Of a DNA stretch of 64,000 nucleotides, positions 50,105 to 58,194 are shown piece by piece. Source of the DNA: Alphaproteobacteria bacterium (GTDB lineage: Bacteria > Pseudomonadota > Alphaproteobacteria > Thalassobaculales > Thalassobaculaceae). The notes beneath the pieces were generated by a model, which saw nothing but the letters and a program-made list of their open reading frames with translations, made no database searches and was not told the origin of the DNA. The stretch spans positions 64,363 through 128,362 of the forward strand of contig JAJEAR010000030.1 in NCBI GenBank assembly GCA_022822665.1, in the 5' to 3' direction. Both the position numbers and the translations under genes were made by a program. The stretch's first letter is position 1; every line of letters starts with the position of its first letter.

Positions 50105-51087
50105 CCGAAGCATTCACGCCCGTCGACCATGCACCGGTCCTCTTCGCAGCCCTGGTGCTGGATGCGCTGATCGGGGACCCCGACGCGGTATGGCGGCGCA
50201 TCCCGCATCCCGTGGTGCTCATGGGCCGCATGGTCGACCGCTTCGAGCGGGCATGGAACCGGTCGGCACTGGCCGAAGGCAAACGCAGGGCCCTGGGAAC
50301 TCTGGCGGTCCTGTTCCTGGTCGCGGCGGCGGCGGGCGCTGGCTGGGCTCTGGCGGGCGCCGCGGCATACCTGCCGGGAGGCGCGCTGGTCGAGGTGGTG
50401 TGTGTCGCGGCCCTGCTTGCGCAGAAGGATCTCTACCGCCACGTTGCCGAGGTTGCCCGCGCACTCGAAACGGACGGCCTCGATGCTGCCCGGGGATCGG
50501 TTGCCCATATTGTCGGACGCACACCGGCCTCGCTGGACGAGGCAGCGGTTTCCCGGGCCGCGGTCGAATCACTCGCGGAGAACTTTTCCGATGCCGTTGT
50601 AGCCCCGGTATTCTGGTACCTGGTGCTTGGCCTGCCCGGCATTGTTGCCTGCAAGATGATCAATACCGCCGACAGCATGATCGGGCACCGCTCCGACCGT
50701 TTCCGGGCCTTTGGCGGTGCCGCGGCGCGGCTCGACGACTTCGCAAACCTGGTCCCGGCGCGACTGGCCGCCGCGCTGCTCTCGCTCGCCGCCCCCGCCG
50801 TTGCCGGCGCGTCGTGGCGGTCCGGGATTCGCGCCGCGTGGCGTGACGCGGCCCGGCACCGGTCGGTCAACGCCGGTTGGCCGGAGGCGGCGATGGCGGG
50901 AGCGCTCGGGTTCAGGCTCGCCGGTCCCCGCTCCTACGACGGTGTACGCATCGACGATGCCTGGATGGGCGACGGACGTGCCGGACTCGGTGCCCCGGAC
51001 ATCAGGCGCGCGCTTGCTCTCTACGCGGTTGCCTGCGCGCTGCTCGCAGCCGGGGTAATGGTGCCCGCCGCGGTCTCGATCGTCTGA
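50101..51087 (+). CDS. cobD: Adenosylcobinamide-phosphate synthase CobD/CbiB
   Basis: LDALIGDPDAVWRRIPHPVVLMGRMV... at the N-terminus and the membrane topology fit this family. The start overlaps the cobU stop. Confidence 0.9.
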   Translation: MTEAFTPVDHAPVLFAALVLDALIGDPDAVWRRIPHPVVLMGRMVDRFERAWNRSALAEGKRRALGTLAVLFLVAAAAGAGWALAGAAAYLPGGALVEVVCVAALLAQKDLYRHVAEVARALETDGLDAARGSVAHIVGRTPASLDEAAVSRAAVESLAENFSDAVVAPVFWYLVLGLPGIVACKMINTADSMIGHRSDRFRAFGGAAARLDDFANLVPARLAAALLSLAAPAVAGASWRSGIRAAWRDAARHRSVNAGWPEAAMAGALGFRLAGPRSYDGVRIDDAWMGDGRAGLGAPDIRRALALYAVACALLAAGVMVPAAVSIV

Positions 51088-51098
51088 ACGCCCGCGCC

Positions 51099-51758
51099 TT
51101 AGAACTCCGCGTTCTCGATGACCCACGGTTCCGCGTGCGACGCCCTCACCCATTCCTGCATCGGGGGGTAGGACCAGATCGCCTCCGAATAGGCGCTCTC
51201 GATGTCGCCGAGTTCGACGGCGTAGGTGCGCATGCGGCTGACCATCGGGGCGAACATGGCGTCGGCATTGGTAAACGGGCCGAACAGGAATGGTCCGCCG
51301 CCATCGCGTCCGTAGCGTTCGCGTGCTCGGCGCCACACCGCGGTGATCCGGTTGATGTCGTCCTGGACACCCGGCTTGCGCCCCTCGTTCGGAAAGCGGC
51401 TGCGGATGTTCATCGGCATGTGCGTCTTGATGGAGTTGAACTCGGCGTGGACCTCGCAGCAGAGCGAACGGGCGATGGCGCGGGCGCGGATGTCCTGCGG
51501 CCACAGCCCGACCTCGGGAAACAGTTCGGCGGCATACTCGCAGATCGACAGGCTCTCCCAGACGACGTTGTCGCCCTGTTTCAGGATCGGGACCCGTCCG
51601 TTGCGCCAGTGCTTGAGGATTTCCTGGCGCGTGTTGGGTTGATCAAGCGGGACGAGAATCTCCTCGAAGACGGCGCCGGCAGCCGAGAGCGACAGCCATG
51701 CCCGCAACGACCATGACGAATAGTTCTTGTTGCCGATGATCAGCACAAGATCATCCAT
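51099..51758 (-). CDS. Glutathione S-transferase family protein
   Basis: MDDLVLIIGNKNYSSWSLRAWLSL...RVPILKQGDNVVWESLSICEY shows a GST N-terminal fold, followed by an alpha-helical C-domain. Confidence 0.85.
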   Translation of the reverse strand: MDDLVLIIGNKNYSSWSLRAWLSLSAAGAVFEEILVPLDQPNTRQEILKHWRNGRVPILKQGDNVVWESLSICEYAAELFPEVGLWPQDIRARAIARSLCCEVHAEFNSIKTHMPMNIRSRFPNEGRKPGVQDDINRITAVWRRARERYGRDGGGPFLFGPFTNADAMFAPMVSRMRTYAVELGDIESAYSEAIWSYPPMQEWVRASHAEPWVIENAEF

Positions 51759-51989
51759 CGCGTACTCCTTCCCCCCGGGTTCGCGCCGGCATTTGAGCCC
51801 GAGCCATGCTCGAACGCAACAGTCTTGGCACCGTGCGAGGTCCCGTGTTCGTGCCGCGCGTGCGTCGAAGGCGCGGCGCCGGCGGGGCCTTGCGACCCGC
51901 CGGAACGCTCTGGCGCGGTTCGGTGGCCAACACTATGTTGGGCGGGTCCGGAAGACGCGTTAAGCCGAGAACACAGGGGAATTCCTGAC

Positions 51990-53339
51990 ATGAACCTGGT
52001 CGAGACTGCTGCTGATGGTGCCGTTCCGATCGTCCCGGTGCTCGCGGGTGAACTGCCCGACGGGAACGGCTGGGCACGCGCAACGGGGTTCGAGGCCAGG
52101 CCGGGCGATTTCAGGTTCGTTCCCGACGAGGCCGGGAGCCTCGCCAGGGTTCTGGTCGGGCTCGACCCGTCCCGGAACATGTGGAGCCTCGCCGGGCTGC
52201 CGGCAAGCCTGCCCGAAGGCGACTACAGGGTGGACGCGCCCGGCCTCGATGCGCACCAGGCGACGCTGTGGTCGCTTGGCTGGTCGCTCGGCTGTTACGC
52301 TTTCGACCGGTATGCCGCGAAGCCCCGCCCCGGAGCGCGGCTCGTGGTGCCGGACGGCGTTGACCTTGCCGAGGTCGAGCGCTGCGCGTCAGGCATCGCG
52401 CTGGTCCGTGACCTCATCAATACACCGGCATGCGATCTCGGCCCGCGTGAACTGGCCGAAACAGCCCGGGCCGTCGCCGGGGACGCGGGCGCCTCGATCT
52501 CGGTAATCGAGGGGGCCGACCTGCTGGTTCACGACTATCCGAGCATCCACGCCGTGGGCCGGGCGGCGGCAAGGCCACCGTGCCTCATCGACATGCGGTG
52601 GGGCGAACCCGGGCATCCGGCCGTGACCCTCGTCGGCAAGGGGGTGTGCTTTGACAGCGGCGGGCTCGATATCAAGTCGGCTGCCGGCATGCTTCACATG
52701 AAGAAGGACATGGGTGGGGCCGCCCAGGTGCTCGGACTGGCACGGATGATCATGGGAGCCGGGCTGCCGGTTCGCCTCAGGGTCCTGATCCCGGCGGTGG
52801 AAAACGCGATTTCCGGAGATGCCTTCAGGCCGCGCGACGTGTTGCAGACCCGCAAGGGGCTGACCGTCGAGGTGGGCAACACCGATGCGGAGGGCCGGTT
52901 GATCCTGTCCGACGCGCTGGCGGAGGCCGCAAGCGAGCGGCCGGAGATGATTGTCGACTACGCGACCCTGACCGGAGCGGCCCGGGTCGCGCTGGGAGCG
53001 GACCTGCCGGCACTGTTCTGCAACGACGACACGCTTGCAGGAGAGATCCTGCGCAGCGGCGAGGAGCAGGAGGATCCACTGTGGCGGATGCCGCTTTGGC
53101 CCGGCTACCACAGCCACATCGACTCGAAGGTGGCGGACATCTCGAGCACCGGTACCGGCGGCCTGGGCGGCGCGATCATCGCGGCACTGTTCCTGGAGCG
53201 TTTCGTGCAGGAGGATATCGCCTGGGCCCATATCGATCTCATTGCCTACAACCAGGCCGACCGGCCGGGGCGGCCGGAAGGCGGTGAGGCTCAGGCCCTG
53301 CGAGCCGTCTACGGCATGATTCGCAGTCGGTTCGGCTGA
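51990..53339 (+). CDS. M17 leucyl aminopeptidase family protein
   Basis: ORF 51825..53339 trimmed to ATG 51990 (MNLVETAADG...). The catalytic motifs GKGVCFDSGGLDIK and NTDAEGRLILSDAL are present. Confidence 0.9.
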   Translation: MNLVETAADGAVPIVPVLAGELPDGNGWARATGFEARPGDFRFVPDEAGSLARVLVGLDPSRNMWSLAGLPASLPEGDYRVDAPGLDAHQATLWSLGWSLGCYAFDRYAAKPRPGARLVVPDGVDLAEVERCASGIALVRDLINTPACDLGPRELAETARAVAGDAGASISVIEGADLLVHDYPSIHAVGRAAARPPCLIDMRWGEPGHPAVTLVGKGVCFDSGGLDIKSAAGMLHMKKDMGGAAQVLGLARMIMGAGLPVRLRVLIPAVENAISGDAFRPRDVLQTRKGLTVEVGNTDAEGRLILSDALAEAASERPEMIVDYATLTGAARVALGADLPALFCNDDTLAGEILRSGEEQEDPLWRMPLWPGYHSHIDSKVADISSTGTGGLGGAIIAALFLERFVQEDIAWAHIDLIAYNQADRPGRPEGGEAQALRAVYGMIRSRFG

Positions 53340-53593
53340 GCCGCCCGGGTCATCAGTACCCGAGCGCGGGGTCCACCAGGTTATCCGGAAGCCGTCCGGC
53401 GGCGACCCGCCTGATCGCGGCCGCAACCTGGTCCAGCGCGGTCGCCGGGTTGGTCTGGGCGGAGACATGCGGCCAGACCCGTACCGCCGGGTGGGCCCAG
53501 TATGCGTGTTCCGGCGGCAGGGGCTCGGTGTGGAACACGTCGAGTGCCGCGCCGGCAACCTGGCCGCTGTCGAGTGCTGCGAGCAGGTCCTCG
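53154..53593. repeat. Left copy of a 440-bp direct repeat (3' end of the M17 peptidase gene + intergenic + 3' end of the ghrA-like gene)
   Basis: My base-by-base alignment to 59357..59796 found 7 mismatches in 440 nt at a constant offset of 6203 nt. Confidence 0.95.
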
Positions 53594-53650
53594 ACAATCC
53601 CGCGGTCGGGAAGCCGCGCCCAGAGATGGCGCGGGCGGCACACGGCATGT
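53353..53650 (-). pseudogene. Truncated copy of the 2-hydroxyacid dehydrogenase (ghrA-like) gene at 59556..60488
   Basis: The last 80 codons are near-identical to the full gene. Bases 53594..53650 then resemble 60001..60050 (20 identical nt, then 19/24), which implies a ~204-bp internal deletion. No N-terminal half is present. Confidence 0.85.
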
Positions 53651-53797
53651 CTGCTCTGTGCAGAAACTGGTCTGCCGGCCATTGTTGGGATCCACTCTGT
53701 CTCGGTAGCCGCGACATGTCGGAAGCATACAACTGACGGAGCCCGGTCTTGCCGGTACAACCGGTTTGATGCGGTTCTGTGCGGACGCCAACTGGGT

Positions 53798-54583
53798 CTA
53801 CTGGTACCTTTCGCCTATTGCTACGGAGCCCGCATCGCTCGCTACCAACAGTTCTCGCCAAAATCTCTCCAACTTACTGCGACGTTTAGGTCCCAGCGGC
53901 GAGCGCGCTGGATCATGTAGGCGACCTACCCCGAAAACCACCACGGGGACACCTGACACCTGAGGAACCAAGTTCAATTCTTTTACCGTTGCAATCATCG
54001 ACTTGAAGCTACCACGAGAGATCATTGGCCATGGAAAGATTAGCGAATTCTCTAGTAAATCCGAAAACACGACTACTCTGGATAGTCCACCCGAATAGTA
54101 AAGAGCTGTTACACTGGCTAGCGTCTCTACGATTGCTGATCGTGGATACTTCTCATGCTCCAATAATACGACTCGAAGCTTGCTCGCCAATCCAGACCGA
54201 AAGTCGATTCGATCAGAGCGCGCCAACCCGCCCCTACAGGTGCTAAAGAGCCACGAGGCTATTCCCTCTTCGGGGCATCCCGGGTAACAGCTATCGAAAA
54301 TCTTGTCCGACTTTGTCCTGTCATCGGTAATTGTATGAACTATGAGTCTATCGCCTATGTTGAGATCTTCATAGAGTTTCGTGAGGCCTTCCGCAAGCAT
54401 TTCGCGATCGATAGCGTCATAAAAGGTTGTCCTGTCGACTATTAATAGTGTTGTCTTGTCACTAAACTCGCAATACTGGTTGCGGGCTTCGGCATGTTCC
54501 CAAAGCAAGACCAGTAAAACAAGTGCAACAGCGGACAGCACTGTCTGAGTGCATTGTAATTTACCCACAATGTTATGTCGCAT
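53798..54583 (-). CDS. Exported/membrane-anchored vWA-like (Rossmann-type, no MIDAS motif) protein of unknown function
   Basis: This is a 261-codon ORF in AT-richer DNA. It has an N-terminal hydrophobic anchor or signal (TQTVLSAVALVLLVLLWEHAEA). The strand pattern is TLLIVDRT / DRLIVHTI / SAIVETLASV / RVVVFSDLLEN / VPVVVFGVG. Four Cys lie in the exported part. The start overlaps the upstream stop by 11 nt. Confidence 0.7.
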   Translation of the reverse strand: MRHNIVGKLQCTQTVLSAVALVLLVLLWEHAEARNQYCEFSDKTTLLIVDRTTFYDAIDREMLAEGLTKLYEDLNIGDRLIVHTITDDRTKSDKIFDSCYPGCPEEGIASWLFSTCRGGLARSDRIDFRSGLASKLRVVLLEHEKYPRSAIVETLASVTALYYSGGLSRVVVFSDLLENSLIFPWPMISRGSFKSMIATVKELNLVPQVSGVPVVVFGVGRLHDPARSPLGPKRRSKLERFWRELLVASDAGSVAIGERYQ

Positions 54584-55844
54584 GAAGTTCCTTAACGATT
54601 ATCTCGGGATTTGGCGTCACAAAGCACTCCGGTACGTCCTCACCGTTTCGAGCCGATCTGTTGCCTTTCTGGTAAGCCAAAAGCCGTAGAGCGACTATTT
54701 CTGATACCATTCCCAGAATTTCAGGCCTACGAGCTTCGATCATCTGTAACTTGTTTCTCACCCTCTCTATTTCCTCTTCCGTCTGGTCTAGTTGTCGGTC
54801 GAGGTAATTGATGCGCCGATCATGCTCCGTAGACAAGATAGTTGCTCTCTTCTGGAACGTTTCTTCAATCTTATGCATGCGCTTTTGAATTCGAGCCCGT
54901 TCTTTGGTAACCTTCTCATAATCCGGATGGGGATCATGTCTCATATACGCGGCCACCATTCCAACCAAAAATATAAGGATATTGATTACAAGCAGCATAA
55001 ATCCCGCGGTACCCAGTTCAACGGACAGAGCTTCATCCGCTAAAGTACCAAGTGCCGACACATCCCCCTGAAGCAAAGTGCTAAATTCAGTTGTTTGTTC
55101 GCGCTCCAATAGGTTGACATAGCTTTGTCTTAGTGCAGCGATAAAGTAGATTGTAGTGCCCACGACAACAAAGGTAATGGCGATGCCAACGTAGTGAAAG
55201 ATCTTGGAGGATTTGCCGGACGAATGATCAATTTGTCGTAACCACAGTCCAGAGAAATGAGCGCAAAACATAATTATGAGGCCAATCACTAAGGCAATAA
55301 ATAGACTGATCGCGGGAGTCTCCCGAAAGAAAAATTCAAAAGCAAAACGGTTAACAGGAACTTCCGCCAAGGCTAACAGTGAAAGAAGCGGGAAATAAAT
55401 CCATACTATGGAAGTTCGCAAGGGTCTTTGGACTTCTAGCTCGATGCGCTTTTCGCTTTCCTTAGCGCCACTAAGACGGTCAGACAACTGTATATACCTT
55501 GCGGAATGACGTCCAATGCGCTGATCGAGAGCGTCAAGCTTTGCTTTCTTTGCTTCTATTACGTCGTCACGTTGGCGAACATAATGTTCATCTCGATTTC
55601 GTTCTTGAGCACTAATGTCGTTTTGAAGGTTTTCACGAATCGTCCGTAAGCCGAGTTCGAAGTCCCCCATGGTCCGGCGAGCATGTGCAATCACTTCGTG
55701 CTGGAAAGGGTACTCGGAGGCGGCGCTTGTCGGGAAGCCGCGTTTGCCGTCGTTCCTGCCGACATTCTCGTCGCGGCGTGCCATTCGTTCATTGAAAGCG
55801 CGATAGAAGGCTAGGGCCTTGGCTTCATGCTCGTCGTAGTTCAT
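54573..55844 (-). CDS. Coiled-coil / four-TM membrane protein of unknown function
   Basis: ORF 54573..56015 trimmed to ATG 55844 (MNYDEHEAKALAFY...), with GAGG 8 nt upstream. The product is 423 aa. It has a charged heptad-like N-terminal ~140 aa, TM segments at ~145-161, 177-202, 215-238 and 279-301, and a charged C-terminal ~120 aa (KVTKERARIQKRMHKIEETFQKRA...EEEIERVRNKLQMIEARR). Confidence 0.75.
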   Translation of the reverse strand: MNYDEHEAKALAFYRAFNERMARRDENVGRNDGKRGFPTSAASEYPFQHEVIAHARRTMGDFELGLRTIRENLQNDISAQERNRDEHYVRQRDDVIEAKKAKLDALDQRIGRHSARYIQLSDRLSGAKESEKRIELEVQRPLRTSIVWIYFPLLSLLALAEVPVNRFAFEFFFRETPAISLFIALVIGLIIMFCAHFSGLWLRQIDHSSGKSSKIFHYVGIAITFVVVGTTIYFIAALRQSYVNLLEREQTTEFSTLLQGDVSALGTLADEALSVELGTAGFMLLVINILIFLVGMVAAYMRHDPHPDYEKVTKERARIQKRMHKIEETFQKRATILSTEHDRRINYLDRQLDQTEEEIERVRNKLQMIEARRPEILGMVSEIVALRLLAYQKGNRSARNGEDVPECFVTPNPEIIVKELHAT

Positions 55845-56147
55845 CGTTCTAGCCTCGTGGGTGTCCTGTTTGAAAATGATAGCTTGCTTGACCGAATAGA
55901 TTGAATGAGATGATGTTAGGTGTCGTATCGACTGAGGGCAATAGGGTACTGTATCTGGGGCATGCTGTGGTGGCTTATGCCTACCGAACCGGGCTTGCGT
56001 CTGTTGCGACGGCACTGATGATGCCGTCGGACGCTGCGTCCGATCGGCGTGTCGGTGTGGGTGGTGTCTTGTGGCTGGAGGGGACTGAGATGGATTGCCA
56101 TCCGTGTCCTGAGGATTCGGTTCCGGGACCTGGCCGCTAGTGTCCTG

Positions 56148-57285
56148 TCATTCGTCAAATGTTGGATAGTGGCGTTTGAGTTTCACGCAGGCATCATCGG
56201 TGGCGAACTGCCAGTCCACCTTGGCGTGGATGCGGTCTCGGGAAGCCTGCCAGGCGGCGACTTCCCGGCGTAGCTCCTCGATGCAGTTGATGCGGCGGTT
56301 CAGGCACTGGCGGATCATGACATTGATTTCCACCTCGGCCACGTTCAGCCAACTGCCGTGTTTGGGGGTGTAGACGAACTCGAAGCGGTCCCACAGGGCC
56401 TTGGCCTCGTCCGGCGGGTAGCCCTCGTAGAGGGCTCCGGGTCGATGAGTGCTGAGATTGTCCATCACCAGTGTGATGGTGGTGGCATCCCGGTAGCGCT
56501 TGGCGATGTCGGCCAGAAACTGTGCCCAGTCGATCTTGGTCTTGCGCTCGGTCACCTTGGTCATGCGCCTGCCGGCCAGGGGCTCTGTAGTCATGAAGAC
56601 GTTGCAGGTGCCGCAGCGTCGATACTTGTAGTCTTCACGCGCTGACCGTCCCGGCGCCATAGCGACCGGTTGGCGTGTCTCGCCGATCCGCTGCCGAGGT
56701 GTTTCGTCAATGCAAACCACGGGGAAGGCGGCATCATAGGGGCGTCGATAGACATCGAGCACCTTCTCCATGGCCGCGGCGAAGGAGTCGGCGTTGCCTT
56801 GAGGAGGGATCACCCACCCGATCCGCTGCCATGGCTTGAGGCGGTTTTTTTAGGACCCGCCGCACCGTCTCGTGCGACACGGCATTGATGTAGCCAAGCT
56901 CGACGACGCGGTCGGCCAGCAGCCTCAACGACCATTGCGCGTGACCCTCGGGCGGTTCGCCACAGCTCAAGGCCACCAGGCGCGCCTCGAAGGCGCCGTC
57001 GGCCTTTCGCATGTAGGTGGGACGACGTCCCTGCCGGCCACCCAGCGCCGCCTCGAGACCCTCTTCCACGAAACGCTTCTTCACCCGGTCTACCTTGCGC
57101 ATGCTGATGCGCAGAATCCCGGCAATGACTTCCCCAGTCACCTGACGTTCGTTGAATGCGCCTTCGTCGCAGTTGAGCAGGATCAGGGCGTTGATCACCT
57201 TCTGCGACAGGTGCGAACCCTTGGTCGTGATGTCCGAAAGTTCTTCCCGTTCCGCCTCGTCCAGGGTCACCACATAGCGCTTCAT
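56148..57285 (-). CDS. IS630-family DDE transposase, encoded in two overlapping frames (HTH part 56845..57285, DDE part 56148..56852)
   Basis: The N-terminal frame reads MKRYVVTLDEAEREEL...RRVLKK. The second frame continues NRLKPWQRIGWVIPPQGNADS...CIDE...VMDNLSTH...GSWLNVAEVE. The junction lies in an A8 run. Confidence 0.85.
56845..56852 (-). other. A8 homopolymer at the junction of the two transposase frames (possible programmed frameshift site or an indel)
   Basis: The plus strand reads gcgg-TTTTTTTT-agg. The frame switch needed to join the HTH and DDE parts maps exactly here. Confidence 0.6.
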
Positions 57286-57618
57286 GCTCCGACCTCCGTC
57301 CCGAAAGGACGGATAGTCTAGCATAATTCGTACGACACATCATAGTTGACATGACACTAGGGCCGACTGATGAAGGACACCGACTTGCTGAAGCGCCTTG
57401 TACCGCATTCTTGTTTGAATTGTCATGGTCCCTTTCATCGATCGCCGCCTTGGGACGGCGCCATGGCCGGAAAGTACAGCACGAGGAGTTCTGCCGCCAG
57501 AACACCGCTCAGTTGCGGTTCGCGATCATCGTGTGGTTGCTGGCATTGCTTCTGCCAAAGGGTATCCTGTGGCGGGAATCCAGACCCTGTCCGGGCAGGA
57601 TCGAACGACACCGGATGG

Positions 57619-58186
57619 CTACACATGGTGTGTCTCCGAAGCGACCGTCGAGTGCCGGTACCGCGCCGCACAGAAGGCCGATACCGGTCCCAGGGGCGTC
57701 CCGCGCCGGCGTTCGGATACCGAACATCGTCGCAGTATTAGCCCCGCGCTGCTCAAGGCTGTGCGGTAAGTCTCCGATGCCGAATGATGCGAGCCGTGGG
57801 TCAGGTTCGGGTGATCCGTCTGGCCACGAGCCAGGCACGAGAGTGCCCGGGCGCGCCACGACCGGACATCGACATGCCCGCAAGCCACACAGGTCTGGCT
57901 GGTATGGCGAGGATCGACCGCAGTCACCCAGTGTGCTCTTGTACTCTTGGTTCTGCGCGGGTTGCCTGAGTCGGTGGCAAGTGTCTCACGGTTCAGTACC
58001 GGCTCTTTGGCGTTTGTTCGCGCTTTGTGTCATGTGGAGCGGCTGCAGGTCCTCGATGACGATGGTGCTGGTCGCGTTCGCAAGTTCGCGACTGGTCCGG
58101 TGATGACAGTTGCGACGCACCATCGCGATCTGGCGCTTGGCCCTGCGCAGGTGACCGCCGTAGCGCGTCAATCTGGGTGAGACCAC
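57619..58186 (-). pseudogene. tnpB: tnpB (IS200/IS605- or IS607-family RNA-guided nuclease) remnant, N-terminally truncated and frameshifted
   Basis: ORF 57986..58186 holds ...RRNCHHRTSRELANATSTIVIEDLQ (RuvC-II-like region). ORF 57619..57927 holds VDPRHTSQTCVACGHVD (the zinc-finger context typical of TnpB). The two pieces are in different frames, and the upstream part is replaced by the IS1595 remnant. Confidence 0.7.
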
Positions 58187-58194
58187 GGAGTCTC

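Larger units (their letters stand above)
56138..57359 (-). mobile_element. IS630-family insertion sequence (~1.2 kb) flanked by TA
   Basis: The terminal inverted repeats are CTAGTGTCCTGTCA (56137..56150) and the reverse complement of 57347..57360, CTAGTGTCATGTCA (13/14 match). TA lies at both junctions. The transposase frames lie inside. Confidence 0.85.

Noticed and set aside
55916-56273. Small ORFs (55916..56158 -, 56049..56273 +, 55901..56140 +) between cassette gene A and the IS630.
   Set aside because: They are short, overlap each other and cross the IS boundary, and have no motifs.
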